DNA of 64,000 nucleotides from Eledone cirrhosa (GCA_964016885.1 OZ024757.1:5022001-5086000), one strand, 5' to 3'. Numbered from the stretch's first letter, positions 1-12,952 are shown. A program made the numbers and translations. Notes: generated by a model not told the origin, from the letters alone.

Positions 1-1033
1 TAGAAGCCATTTCTGTATTAAATATGGCATATATACTACTATTTCCTCCAATTATATTAGTTTTACTTCTTTAGAAGCCATTTATTTATTAAATAATGCA
101 TATACTCTACTATTTCCATCAAATTGAATAATTCTAGTATTTTAGAAGCCATTTCTGTATTAAATATTGTGTATACTCTACTATTTCCTTCGCATTACTG
201 GTTTCTAGCTCTGTGGAAGCTATTTCCGTATTAAATATTACATATATACTTCTATTTCCTCCAAATATATTAGTTGTCATCCTGTAGAAGACTTTTCTGT
301 ATTAAATATTGAATATACACTACTATTCCCTTCGAATTAATGAGTTCAAGTCCTGTGGAAGCTATTTACTTATTAAATATTGCATACACACTTCTATTTA
401 CTACGAATTAATGAGTTCTTGTCCTTAAGAAGCCATTTCCATATTTAATATCGCATATAATGTACTATTTTATTTGAATTAAAATTTCTAGTCCTTGAGA
501 AGCCATTTCTGTATTAAATATTGCACATACATTACTATTTCCCTCGAATTAATGAGATTTAATCCTTTAGAAGCCATTTCCGTATTAAATATGGCATATA
601 ATCTACTAATACACTTCAAATTAAAGAGTTCTACTGCTTTATAAGCCATTCCTTTATTAAATATGACATATATACTACTATTTCCCCCAATTATATTAGT
701 TTTATTCCCTTAGAAGCCATTTCTTTATTAAATATTGCATATAATCTATGAATACCCTTCAAATTAAAGAGTTTCAGCCCCGTAGAAGCCATGTCTGTAT
801 TAAATATTGCATATACACTACCATTTGATTTCAATTAATGAGTTCTAGCCCTGTAGAAGCTATTTATATATTAAATATTGCATATAATCTACTAATACTC
901 TTCAAATTAAAGCGTTTTAGTCTTGTAGAAGCTATTTCTGTATTAAATATTGCATATATACTACTATTTCTCCTTTGAATCAGAGATTTCTAGTCCTTTA
1001 GAAACCATATCTGTATTAAATATTGCATATAAT
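1..1033 (+). repeat. 71-bp AT-rich satellite, orientation A
   Basis: tagaagcc recurs at 1, 72 and 143. Consensus is about TTTAGAAGCCATTTCTGTATTAAATATTGCATATATACTACTATTTCCTTCAAATTAATGAGTTCTAGTCC; monomers are diverged. Confidence 0.95.
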
Positions 1034-1256
1034 GTACTATTTCCTTCGAATTAATGCCAGTTGAAGGAAGGCGTGGTAGAGGTAGACCGCGAAAAACATG
1101 GGCGGAGGTGGTGAGAACAGACCTCAGATCGTTGAAGCTCACGGTGATGACGAAGGACCGTGACAAGTGGAGAGATGCTGTGCTTAATAAGACCAGGCCC
1201 ACCCTTGCAAGCCGGGAAAAGCAGACGTAGAATGATGATGATGATGATGATGATGA
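1034..1256 (+). mobile_element. RTE LINE 3' fragment with (ATG)n tail
   Basis: Encodes [19 protein letters not shown]...DKWRDAV; matches the 3' end of the RTE at 6305-7073; ends in (atg)n. Confidence 0.9.
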
Positions 1257-1330
1257 TATATATGTATATGTATATATATACACATATGTATATAACATCC
1301 ATACACACACACACATATACACACACGTAA

Positions 1331-1410
<80 letters not shown>

Positions 1411-1890
1411 TTCAAGAGTAACCAATCTTAAAGAGAGAGATGGAGATAGGAGAGATTGGTGAATTAGTTAGAAGCCAAAGCGTAAAGGCATGTGCTCAAT
1501 GTGCAATATGTAGTGGAATGCAGCTAGGTGGCTGGGTTCATGCAGAGGTTAGGTGCACAGAGCTGGAAATATTCATTACTTAAGCAAAACAAGACCACAG
1601 ATTTCACAAGGAAGACATTATTAAAAGAATGTCAACATATTTTAGTTTGATGCAAGGAATGTAGAGAATAATAATAATAATATTAATAATAATTATTTCT
1701 ACTTTTTGGCACAAGGCCAGCAATTATCCCAGTACATTACTGGTACTTTATTTTATCAACCCGGTAAGAATGAAAGGCAAAGTTAACCTCGGCGGTATTA
1801 TATATCATAATGATTATATATCATTATATAATCATTATTGATCTGGTTCAGTTGAAAATAATTAATTATTTTCAACTGAACCAGATCAAT

Positions 1891-2465
1891 CATCATCATC
1901 ATCATCATCATCAACGTTTAACGTCCGTGTTCCACGCTTGCATGTGTTTGGACGGGCGTATTCCCACTTGAGGCAAGAGTGATTGTCTTGCTCGCATAGG
2001 ACTGTCTGGCAGGTTTTCTACAGTTGGATGCCCTTCCTAACACCAATCACATTTACAGTGTGGAACTGGGAGGTTTTTACCATGTTGCCTACACGGCCAC
2101 ATTACAGCGTGGACTGTGTGTTTTTTTGTCGTGACACCTACACGATCTCATTTGTTTCGGCCTGGATGTTGTGGCACCAACATAACTTTACATAGAACGG
2201 GGTGGTGTGGATGGGGTGGGGGTGGTGGGACGGGGTGTATTTTGTTAGAGATGCCTACTGGCTGTAGTAGGTTTTACTGTGTATTTAGGTAAGGCGGGTC
2301 TTCTCTGTTACTGAGTACCGCCAAAGGTCTCGGTCCAGTGACATTGTCTTGCGGAGCATGCAAGCTTCGTTCCTCTCTAGTCTGCGTATATCCTCTGCGC
2401 ACAATGCCCAGGTCTCACTGCCATGCAACCTTGCTGTTCGTATGCAGGCATCATACAACCTGCCT
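1891..2465 (-). mobile_element. Internally deleted RTE 3' fragment
   Basis: Reverse complement of the RTE ORF end and 3'UTR with (cat)n tail; flanked by tcaat duplication (1886-1890, 2465-2469); empty site at ~46574. Confidence 0.9.
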
Positions 2466-2556
2466 CAATAATAATATATGATGATTTGGTCCAGAAATAT
2501 TATATGGAGTAGCGAAACAATTGTAAACAGACATTATTATTATTAATATTATTAAA

Positions 2557-2745
2557 GGGCGGTGGATTGGCAGTATCGGTAGAGGGTTGGACCCCATGTC
2601 TTCTAGCACAGGGTTACGTCCCTTTACAGTCTGAGTTCAAATCCCGCCGAGGTTAACTTTGCCTTTCATCCTTACGGGGTCGATAAAGTAAAGTACCAGT
2701 AATGTACTGGGATAATTGCTGGCCTTGTGCCTAAAGTAGAAACAA
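2557..2745 (+). mobile_element. tRNA-derived SINE family 1
   Basis: Box A-like tggcagtatcggtagag and box B gagttcaaatccc; body tttcatccttacggggtcgataaa...gtaccagt; flanked by ttattattaatattatta duplication; empty site at ~58741-58770. Confidence 0.85.
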
Positions 2746-2864
2746 TTATTATTAATATTATTATTATTATTCTCTACATTCCTTGCATCAAACTAAAATA
2801 TGTTGACATTCTTTTAATAATGTCTTCCTTGTGAAATTTGTGGTCTTGTTTTGCTTAACTAATG

Positions 2865-2900
<36 letters not shown>

Positions 2901-2901
<1 letters not shown>

Positions 2902-3372
2902 CATCATCATCATCATCAGGTTTAGCGTCCGTGTTCCACGCTTGCATGGGTTTGGACGGGGTTTTTCCCGCTTGAGGCAAGAGTGGTTGTCTTGCTCGCA
3001 TAGGACTGTCTGGCGGGTTTTCTACAGTTGGATGCCCTTCCTAACACCAACCACATTTACAGTGTGGGGCTGGGAGGTTTTTACCGTGTTGCCTACACGG
3101 CCACATGACAGCGTGGACTGTCTGGCGGGTTTTCTACAGCTGGATGCCCTTCCTAATACCAACCACATTTACAGTGTGGGGCTGGGAGGGTTTTTACCGT
3201 GTTGCCTACACGGCCACATTTACAGCGTGGACTATGTGTTTTTTATCGTGACACCTACACGATCTCATTTGTTTCGGCCTGGATGTTGTGGGACCAACAT
3301 AACTTTACATTGAAAGGGGCGGTGTGGATGGGGTGGAGGTGGTGGGACGGGGGTGTATTTTGATAGAGATGA
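2901..3372 (-). mobile_element. RTE 3'UTR fragment
   Basis: Reverse complement of ~10258-10734 with two 112-bp UTR modules and a (cat)n tail. Confidence 0.88.
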
Positions 3373-3427
3373 TGTATATATATATATATACACACATATG
3401 TATATATAACATCCATACACACACGTA

Positions 3428-3475
<48 letters not shown>

Positions 3476-3508
3476 TGTATATATAACATCCATACACACA
3501 CACACGTA

Positions 3509-3551
<43 letters not shown>

Positions 3552-3599
3552 GTATATATAACATCCTATAACACACACACACACCTATATGTAATATAG

Positions 3600-3647
<48 letters not shown>

Positions 3648-3648
<1 letters not shown>

Positions 3649-4005
3649 AATTGTTTCTACTTTTGGCACAAGGCCATCAAATACCCAGTGTATTACTGGT
3701 ACCTTATTTTATCGACCCCGTAAAAATGAAAGGCAAAGTTAACCTCGGCGGGATTTGAACTCAATTGTAATAAAATAAAAAGAACGATTTGTTGTCTTCA
3801 GTGGTCCCCAACATTTTCTGCTTCAAATTGGCCCCTATTATATACAAATTGCTCCCTGTGGGACGTATATCCCTGATATATATATAATTGTGTGTGTGTG
3901 TGCGTACGTGCATACATACATACACACACACCTATATTACATATACGTGCGTGTGTGTACATATATGCGTGTGTGTGTGTTTGGATGTTATATATACATA
4001 TGTGT

Positions 4006-4045
<40 letters not shown>

Positions 4046-5339
4046 GGACACGCACATGTGTATATACATGTTTGGGTGCTCTCTCTCTCTCTATATATAT
4101 ATATATATCAGTGGTTCCCAACCTTTTCTGCACCATGCCCCTCCTCAATCTAAAATATATTTATGTTCCCCTTTAATATAAACACAAACTGAGACTTGTA
4201 ATACTTAGTAATACCTACTAATAATAAAGTAGAAATCCTTTAATGTACTGGGGCCGATATTAACAAGATAATATATTGGAAGTGTTGCCCCAGCATGGCC
4301 TTAGTCGAATGAACAACTAAAATAATAAAATGCTAGAAATAGCAGTCAAATACCAACAACCAGGACCAAAACAACTGCACACCCGCAAAGTTTTTCTCAT
4401 GATTTTTGCGATTAAGTAAGCCAAGAGTTATCTTTCTTGGCAAAAACCCCCGGGTTTGTTTACGTTAAATTTTCTAGTGTAAAATATTTTCACTGATTTT
4501 AAGCCAAAGTTTTTTAATGGCTGCCACTTCCGGTTTGTGTTTTGCCTCTACAGGACAGCAGTAAACCTGCTAGAAATAGAAATCTCAGCAACACACTCAC
4601 ATAGTTACGTCCCTTTACGATCTGAGTTCAAATCCCGCCAAGGTTAACTTTGCCTTTCATCCTTACGGGATCGATATAATAAAGTACCAGTAATGCACTG
4701 GGTGATTGCTGGCCTTGTGCCTAAAGTATAAACAATTATATATATATATATATATGATAATAATAATTGTTTCTACTTTTGGCACAAGGCCAGCAATCAA
4801 CCAGTGTATTACTGGTACTTTATTATATCGACCCCGTAAGGATGAAAGGCAAAGTTAACCTTGGCGGGATTTGAACTCAATTGTAATAAAATAAAAAGAA
4901 CGATTTGTTGTCTTCAGTGGTCCCCAACCTTTTCTGCTTCAAATTGGCCCCTATTATATACAAATTGGTCCCTGTGGGGCGTATATCCCTGATATATATA
5001 TAATTGTGTGTGTGTGTACGTGCATACATACACACACACACACACACACCTATATTACATATAGGTGCGTGTGTGTATATATATGCGCGTGTGTGTGTTT
5101 GGTTGTTATATATACATATGTGTGTTTATATATATATATATATATTTATTAAAATAACAGATTAAAGTCTAAGCAAAGAATCGCTGCTTTCACCCTTAAC
5201 GAGATCTTCTGATTCTTTGGTTAAACTTTAATCTGTTATTTTCTAATAAATATTTGCTCTATGGTTCTTATATATTTGATATATATTTATCCTTATGGAG
5301 CCTTCTTTGGATTTTAGTCTTGAAATTTATTATTATTAC

Positions 5340-5392
<53 letters not shown>

Positions 5393-5950
5393 AGGACAGG
5401 CACATGTGTATATACTTGTGTGTGTGTTTGGGTGCTCTCTCTCCCTCTCTCTCTCTCTCGCTATATATATATAGATATCAGTGGTGCCCACCCTTTTTTG
5501 CACCATGCCCCTCCTCAATCTAAAATATGTTTATGTTCCCCTTTAATATAAACACAAACTGAGACTTGAAAAACTAATATAAAGTAGAAATCCTTTAATG
5601 TACTGGGGCCGATATTAACAAGAAAATATATTGGAAGTGTTGCCCCAGCATGGCCTTAGTCGAATGAGCAACTAAAATAATAAAATGCTAGAAATAGCAG
5701 TCAAATACCAACAACCAGGACCAAAACAACTGCACACCCGCAAAACTTTTGTCTCGATTTTTGCGATTAAGTAAGACAAGAGTTATCTTTCTTGGCAAAA
5801 ACACCCGGGTTTGTTTACATTAAATTTTCTAGTTTAAAATATTTTCACTGATTTTAAGCCAAAGTTTTTTAATGGCTGCCACTTCCGGTTTGTGTTGTGC
5901 CTCTACAGGACAGCAGTAAACCTGCTAGAAATAGCAACACACTCACATAT
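3648..5950 (+). repeat. ~1.1-kb tandem duplication (3648-4603 vs 4765-5950) of SINE fragment, hAT-like MITE pieces and microsatellites
   Basis: Same order of blocks, e.g. aaagaacgatttgttgtcttcagtggtcccc at ~3779 and ~4895; the second copy has an extra foldback at ~5145-5340. Confidence 0.85.
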
Positions 5951-6261
5951 ATTTATATATCAGGGATTCCCAACGAGGGGTGCACGCCACACTGGGGTTA
6001 ATTTTAATATAATAGGGGTCAATTTGAAAGTTATATAATACGTTTGTTTTGATCATCGCCGCATCTTAGCTTTGTTTAAATAAAGGATCTCTACTTTATA
6101 TTACAGTAATAACACTCTTTTCCAAGGTTCTATTTCTTTTTTATTAATGGGGGACATAAACATATTTTAAATGTTGATATATATTTATTTATTTATGTCC
6201 TTCTTTCTGCTGTTTACTAAACTTTAAACTCAGCATTTTTCTGTTGTTCTCTGGAATTCTA

Positions 6262-6304
<43 letters not shown>

Positions 6305-6309
<5 letters not shown>

Positions 6310-7073
6310 CACACAATGCAGGTCCTGGGTACACAAGAGATGTAGCGGGATAGCAGGCAAACTAACAGGTAGGGAGAAATATGTATGCAGTAGAAGTCGC
6401 ACTGATAGACACATTTTTCAAATGCGAGAGGGCGCTATAGAAGTGGTGGATAGCTTCCGGTACCTAGGAGATCAGATTAGCATGGGAGGAGGGTGTTCCG
6501 AGGCCATAGTATCTAGAATAAGGACGGGTTGGAAGAAGTTTAGGGAGCTGCTTCCTCTGTAGACGAAGAAGGGTTTCTCCCTGCGTACGAAAGGCCGGTT
6601 GTATGATGCCTGTGTGAGGAGCGCGATGCTGCATGGTAGTGAGACATGGGCAGCAACCGCAGAGGATATGCGACGGCTGGAGAGAAATGAGGCAAGCATG
6701 CTCCGTTGGATGTGCAGTGTAAATGTGCGTGAACGACCCAGCATAAATGTGTTGAGAGAGAAACTGTGTCTGAGAGGGATAGAATGTAGTGTACGGGAGA
6801 GGAGACTGAGGTGGTATGGACATGTGATGCGCATGGAGGATGACCGATGGGTGAAGAAGTGCCAGGAAATGCCAGTTGAAGGAAGACGTGGTAGAGGTAG
6901 ACCACGAAAAACATGGGCGGAGGTGGTGAGAACAGACCTCAGATCATTGAAGCTCACGGTGGAGATGACGAGGGACCGTGACGAGTGGAGAGATGCTGTG
7001 CTGAATAAGACCCATCCCACCCTTGCAAGCAGGGAAAAGCGGACGTAAAATGATGATGATGATGATGATGATG
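6305..7073 (+). mobile_element. RTE LINE 3' fragment, degenerate
   Basis: WVHKRCSG, FRYLG and ORF 6599-7048 (MLHGSETW...RRLRWYGHVMR...GRPRKTW); (atg)n tail; in-frame stop upstream. Confidence 0.92.
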
Positions 7074-7217
7074 ATATATATATATATATATATATAAGAG
7101 GTGAGTTTTATTGTAGTACAATAAAGCAATGCAGATATCGGATAAGTAGCACTCTACAGTTTGTAGGACTGGAGTATAAATAATATAAGATCAAAAGATG
7201 GTTAAAAGAGTTCCATG

Positions 7218-7288
7218 TATTTTATTATGCGCATTTCAAAAACAAATATCATCATGCGTTGACATTTGCGTTTTCGTCAGATAAAATA
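7218..7288 (-). ncRNA. Minimal type I hammerhead ribozyme motif
   Basis: Minus strand: TATTTTAT-CTGACGA-14-bp stem II-GAAA-TGCGCA-TA-ATAAAATA; 8-bp stem I and palindromic stem III. Confidence 0.75.
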
Positions 7289-7985
7289 GGGAGACATGAT
7301 ATGAAGGTTAACAAACACTTGTGAATAGTGCAGTTTTAAATCAACATATGAAAAGTAGTTTTAGATTGATGTGTGATATTGGGGGGAAAAATTGAGGGGG
7401 GTGGTGGAAAGGATGAAAAAGAGGAGGAGATGAGAGTAAAGAATGGAAGGGGAGGAGTATGATAAGGAAGGATGAGATAGGAGCATTTTTGTCTCGATTT
7501 TTTGCGATTAAGTAAGACAAGAGTTATCTTTCTTGGCAAAAACCTCCGGGTTTGTTTACATTAAATTTTCTAGTTTAAAATATTTTCACTGATTTTAAGC
7601 CAAAGTTTTTTAATGGCTGCCACTTCCGGTTTGTGTTGTGATTCTACAGGACAGCAGTAAATCTGCTAGAAATAGCAGTCATAGCAACATGCTCACATAT
7701 ATTTATATATCAGGGATTCCCAACGAGGGGTGCACGATCCACTGGGGTTAATTTGAATATAATAGGGGTCAATTTTAAAGTGATATAATACGACCCAACT
7801 TCCAGTTACACTTCGTCTACACATGTTATCGTGTATCTGGCAGCCCCTACGAGAAGTTTGTTTATATTTTCGAGTTTATTTTTATATTAAAGGGGCACAT
7901 AAACATATTTTAGATTGAGGAGGGGCATGGTGCAGAAAGGACACACACGTATATATATAGATTTATGAATATGTGCATGTTTGTG

Positions 7986-8016
<31 letters not shown>

Positions 8017-8133
8017 ACACTCGCGCGCACACACACACACACGCATATATATATATATAGATTATATATCTATATATATGTTATGTGTATATATATATAT
8101 ATATATATATACACACAACCATATATATATATA

Positions 8134-10734
8134 GTCTGTGGCTGGAGCAGGCCTGTAGGTAGGAGGAGAGTAACATGGTGGTGGAACAGTAAGGTGGAGG
8201 AGTCAATTAAGCTTGGAAAGTATGGCGGGATGGGGGAAGTAGAGAAGACTATCAAGTGGCCAGGAGGGAAGCTAGGAGACAAGTGTACTTCGCAAGAAGG
8301 GAAGCAGAGGAAAGAAAGTTCAAGCATGTTCTACAACGTGAGGACCAAAAACGTGAGGTGTTCAGGATTGCCAGGCAATGTGTCAAGGAAAACCGTGATA
8401 TTGTCGGGGAGAAGTGTGTACTTAACGATGATGGCATACTTGCCATCACCGACGCTGATAAGAAGGTAGCTTGGAAGTGTCACTACGAAAGGCTTCTAAA
8501 TGAGGAGAACAAATGGGAGAAAGACAGTCTCCCCCAGATCGATCCAATAGAGGGACCAGCAGTGTTAGTTGAAGGTAGTATAATAAGTAAGGCAATCAAA
8601 GATATGAAGACGGGTAAGGCGGCTGGGCCTTCGGAAATAGTTGCTGAGATGCTGAAGGCATCTGGTTCGGTGGGACACACCATGGTCACCCGGATAGTTA
8701 ACCAAGTCGTACAGAATGGGGTTGTTCCGAAGGAATGGCGTAGCAGCATCATCGTTAACTGCTATAAGGGAAAAGGAGATGCCCTAGATAGGAGTAACTA
8801 TAGAGGCATTAAATTAATCGACCAGGTCATGAAGGTCACGGAAAAAGTAATAGCGCAACTAATCAGAGAGAGAATTGATCTAGATGAAATGCAGTTCGGG
8901 TTTGTGTCAGGCAAAAGTACCACAGACGCTCTTTTCATTGTACGACAACTACAGGAGAAGTACCTAGCTAAAAGTAAACCCCTATACTTAGCTTTTGTCG
9001 ACTTGGAGAAAGCCTTCGACAGAGTCCCCCGTTCCATTATCTGGTGGTCTCTTAGAAAACTAGGTGTTGACGAATGGCTTGTGAGAGCTATACAAGCCAT
9101 GTATAAAGAAACAGTCAGTAAGGTTAGAATTAACAACGAATATAGTGAAGAGTTTAGCGTAAAAGTTGGTGTCCATCAGGGCTCTGTACTTAGCCCCCTA
9201 CTATTTATTATTGCCCTTCAGGCTATAACAGAGGAGTTCAAGACCGGCTGCCCATGGGAACTCCTATACGCAGATGATCTAACGCTCATAGCTGAATCAA
9301 TGACCGAACTAGAGAAGAAATTCCAAACGTGGAAGCACGGCCTAGAATCAAAAGGCCTTAAAATTAACCTGGCTAAGACTAAAGTTCTAGTTTGTAGGAA
9401 AGAAAATAAGGCGGCGGTCCCATCGGGGAAATGGCCATGCTCAGTGTGTAGGAAAGGCGTAGGTAGAAACTCCATTTTATGTCCCAAATGCAAAGTATGG
9501 GTGCATAAAAGATGTAGTGGGATCACAGGTAAGCTAACTAAGAACATAGATTTTACATGTGGCCGGTGCTCTGGTGCAATAAGTAGCAGCAAGTGCCCAC
9601 AAAATACTAGCTCCTTCAACTGCGCAGAGGGTTCTATAGAAATAGTGGACAGCTTCCGTTATCTGGGTGACAAAATCAGCAGTGGGGGAGGGTGCTCTGA
9701 AAGTACAGTAGCTAGAGTCAGAACTGGATGGAAAAAGTTCAGAGAGCTTATACCACTATTAGCCGCTAGAGGGTTCTCCCTAAAAATGAAAGGCAGGTTA
9801 TACGATGCCTGCATACGAACAGCAATGCTGCATGGCAGTGAGACCTGGGCATTGTGTGCAGAGGATATACGCAGACTAGAGAGGAACGAAGCTTGCATGC
9901 TCCGCTGGATGTGCAATAGTAATATACGTGAACGGCAAAGCATAAACGAACTAAGAAAAAAATTAGAAATAAGAGGGATCAGATGTTGTTTACTCGAGAG
10001 AAGGCTACGTTGGTACGGTCACGTGATGCGCATGAAAGACGACAGCTGTATAACAAAGTGCAGGGCAATAAAGATAGACGGTCGCCACGGAGTAGGCAGA
10101 CCCAGAAAAACATGGGACGAGCTGATAAATTCCGACCTCACACGCTTACACCTCTCCAAGACAATGTCACTGGACCGAGACCTTTGGCGGTACTCAGTAA
10201 TAGAGAAGACCCGCCTTACCTAAATACAAAGTAAAAACCTACTACAGTCAGTAGGCACCTCTATCAAAACACACCCCCGTCCCACCACCTCCACCCCACC
10301 CACACCGCCCCTTTCAATGTAAAGTTATGTTGGTCCCACAACATCCAGGCCGAAACAAATGAGATCGTGTAGGTGTCACGACAAAAAACACACAGTCCAC
10401 GCTGTAAATGTGGCCGTGTAGGCAACACGGTAAAAACCTCCCAGCCCCACACTGTAAATGTGGTTGGTGTTAGGAAGGGCATCCAGCTGTAGAAAACCCG
10501 CCAGACAGTCCACGCTGTAATGTGGCCGTGTAGGCAACACGGTAAAAACCTCCCAGCCCCACACTGTAAATGTGGTTGGTGTTAGGAAGGGCATCCAACT
10601 GTAGAAAACCCGCCAGGCAGTCCTATGCGAGCAAGACAACCACTCTTGCCTCAAGTGGGAAAACCCCCGTCCAAACCCATGCAAGCGTGGAACACGGACG
10701 CTAAACCTGATGATGATGATGATGATGATGATGA
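8134..10734 (+). mobile_element. 5'-truncated RTE LINE inserted in (TA)n
   Basis: RT ORF, 3'UTR and (atg)n tail; the paralogous site at ~32787-32807 is an empty (TA)n. Confidence 0.95.
8256..10223 (+). CDS. RTE reverse transcriptase (C-terminal 655 aa) with PHD-like zinc finger
   Basis: NYRGIKL, QFGF, AFVDLEKAFDRV, GVHQGSVLSPLLF, LLYADD, FRYLG, RLRWYGHV; open frame but lacks the APE domain. Confidence 0.92.
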   Translation: MARREARRQVYFARREAEERKFKHVLQREDQKREVFRIARQCVKENRDIVGEKCVLNDDGILAITDADKKVAWKCHYERLLNEENKWEKDSLPQIDPIEGPAVLVEGSIISKAIKDMKTGKAAGPSEIVAEMLKASGSVGHTMVTRIVNQVVQNGVVPKEWRSSIIVNCYKGKGDALDRSNYRGIKLIDQVMKVTEKVIAQLIRERIDLDEMQFGFVSGKSTTDALFIVRQLQEKYLAKSKPLYLAFVDLEKAFDRVPRSIIWWSLRKLGVDEWLVRAIQAMYKETVSKVRINNEYSEEFSVKVGVHQGSVLSPLLFIIALQAITEEFKTGCPWELLYADDLTLIAESMTELEKKFQTWKHGLESKGLKINLAKTKVLVCRKENKAAVPSGKWPCSVCRKGVGRNSILCPKCKVWVHKRCSGITGKLTKNIDFTCGRCSGAISSSKCPQNTSSFNCAEGSIEIVDSFRYLGDKISSGGGCSESTVARVRTGWKKFRELIPLLAARGFSLKMKGRLYDACIRTAMLHGSETWALCAEDIRRLERNEACMLRWMCNSNIRERQSINELRKKLEIRGIRCCLLERRLRWYGHVMRMKDDSCITKCRAIKIDGRHGVGRPRKTWDELINSDLTRLHLSKTMSLDRDLWRYSVIEKTRLT

Positions 10735-11049
10735 TATATATCAGTTGTTCCCAAATTTTTCTGCTACATGCCCCTCCACAATCTAAAATATGTTTATGTT
10801 CCCCTTTAATATAAACATAAACTGAATATTGTAAAACTAATATAAAGTAGAAATCCTTTAATGTACTGGGGCCGATATTAACAAAATAATATATTGGAAG
10901 TGTTGCCCCAGCATTGCCTTGGTCGATTGAGCAACTAAAGCAATAACAAAAAAAAAATAACATTAAAATTATTTTAACCTAAAATCCGAGGTGAAAATTG
11001 AACTCACGACCACAGATTATCTAAAAATCGAAAAAAACTTAATATAAAT

Positions 11050-11429
11050 CATCATCATCATCATTTTACGTCCGCTTTTCCCTGCTTGCAAGGGTGGGAC
11101 GGGAACTGATTCTGGCTTGATTTCTACAGCTGGATGCCCTTCCTAACACCAACCTCTTTTACAGTGAGTGCTGGGTGCTTTTTTGCCGTGGCACCTACAC
11201 GTCCACTTTACAGTGTGGGCTGGGTGCCTTGTTTTGCCGTGGTACCTCCATGACCACTTTACAGTGGAATGATAGGGATGCCATTCCTATCATCTCATTT
11301 CTACAGCTGAGTAAACTGGAGCAATGTGAAATAAAGTGTCTTGCTCAAGGAAACAACACATCAAGTCTGAGAATTGAACTCACAACCGATTGCAAGGCCA
11401 ATGCTCTAACCACTAAGCCATGTGCCTCC
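11050..11429 (-). mobile_element. tRNA-derived SINE family 2 with RTE-like 3' tail
   Basis: Reverse complement of 32090-32471. Confidence 0.85.
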
Positions 11430-11717
11430 AAAAATATATAAATATATATATAATAAAGTATGTCCATAGAAACATTTGATAAAATATATACACCATTTCC
11501 TCTCCCAATCAGCATAATTAACCACACACAAAACCAATTAAACCAGGCTATAAGATTAAAAGACACCTATGAAGAAATAATAGATAAACAGCCATAGAAT
11601 ATTTACCCAGCATTTCCAACAGCACGTGGGAATCGATTAAATATATCGTCAACCATACACAATTAGGTATAAAATCAAAGTTAGAAGAAAAAATGTATAT
11701 AAACATACCAAAATTAA

Positions 11718-11757
<40 letters not shown>

Positions 11758-12340
11758 GTCAGGTCACTCTCAAGTGCTACTGGTAACATGTAACCCAGTA
11801 CAACCTCTCACATGGTCGGGTCGTCGGCGACTAAACCGGCAACCCCATCAAGTTTACTTGGTGAGGAGGGTGATTTTGGACATCCTGCAGGACAAAAACA
11901 AAACCTGACAAAGGGCGGAAGAACTAATAAGAGTCAACGGCCATCCAAAAATAGTGTAAATGAGTATATAGTATATATTTGGTAGCCTTGGTCGGCAATC
12001 TGTTTAGGAGAGGGACCATTCTGATTTCAAAGCCAGGGTGGACAGAGCTCTTTGGCCTTGATAGGCAATCTGTCAAACCAATCTTGACTGGGTTAAACGA
12101 CGACATTGGTAGGAAGGATGTCGGATCAGTAGATAAAGCAATGATCAAGTAACTGTGAATTTGGTTCATACTACTAGTGGCAAGGCGATCATATCAACTA
12201 TTGTTTGGATGTTTCGGTGAGGCACAACCGCTGTAACACAGAGTACTGCTTTCACTTGTATGGAGTAGCGACCGCAAGTGTATATCCAGCTATTGAAAGC
12301 TAAAAAGGAGAGCAACATCGACCTGATGATGATGATGATG
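11758..12340 (+). mobile_element. Non-autonomous RTE-like element (~580 bp)
   Basis: Sits in (TA)n and ends in (gat)n; contains an RTE-5'UTR-like stretch ccttggtcggcaatctgtttaggagaggga; inverted copy at ~31170-31749. Confidence 0.55.
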
Positions 12341-12952
12341 ATATATATATATAGTAATAATAATAAATTTGAAGACTAAAATCCAAAGAGGGCTCGATAA
12401 GGATAAATATATATCAAATATATAAGAACCGTAGAGCAAATATTTATTAAAATAACAGATTAAAGTTTAAGCAAAGAAGAACTGCTTTCACCCTTAACAT
12501 GATCTTCTGAAACTAAAAAAATCAATCTGTGAATGCAGAAGTAAATATTTCGAAAAACATTGCAACAGAAGGAAGACAGGAAGACGATATTTTGGTTTGT
12601 GGAGACTTTCCCTGGCAAAGAACGGATAAAAACGAAGATAATACGTCATTATTTGGAGCAGTGAAAACAATTACATGCAAAGACAAAACCACGTTTATGG
12701 TATAACTGAAGTGATAGACTAAAATTATATTTAGGAAACCGAATGATTCTCGGCTTCAGAATTAAGGATAATAAATTACAGAGGTTATTGAAATCAACAA
12801 AAATTAAATATATAGCTGCACGTCTCCATATACGTACATACACATGCATACGTGAAAACACCCGCCATGGGTATGCAAATACAGGCGCGTACACTCTGAA
12901 GCCAAGAATCATTCGGTTTCCTAAATAGAATTTTTTTTACTTAGTTCCAGGT

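Larger units (their letters stand above)
1408..2862. mobile_element. Foldback element (probable Penelope pLTR derivative) interrupted by an RTE and a SINE
   Basis: 1580-1795 is the inverse of ~2645-2858; perfect 54-bp palindrome at 1837-1890; GAAACAATTGTA hammerhead 3' half at ~2514-2525. Paralogues at ~46090-46660 and 58250-59033. Confidence 0.6.

Noticed and set aside
1-1033. Hammerhead-containing satellite like those of newts or schistosomes
   Set aside because: No CUGANGA core on either strand of the 71-bp consensus.
2557-2650. tRNA gene
   Set aside because: A/B boxes belong to a SINE head; no cloverleaf; repeated with the SINE body.
8483-9943. Antisense ORFs over the RTE and CR1/L2 coding regions
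   Set aside because: Shadow frames of LINE ORFs with no independent motifs.
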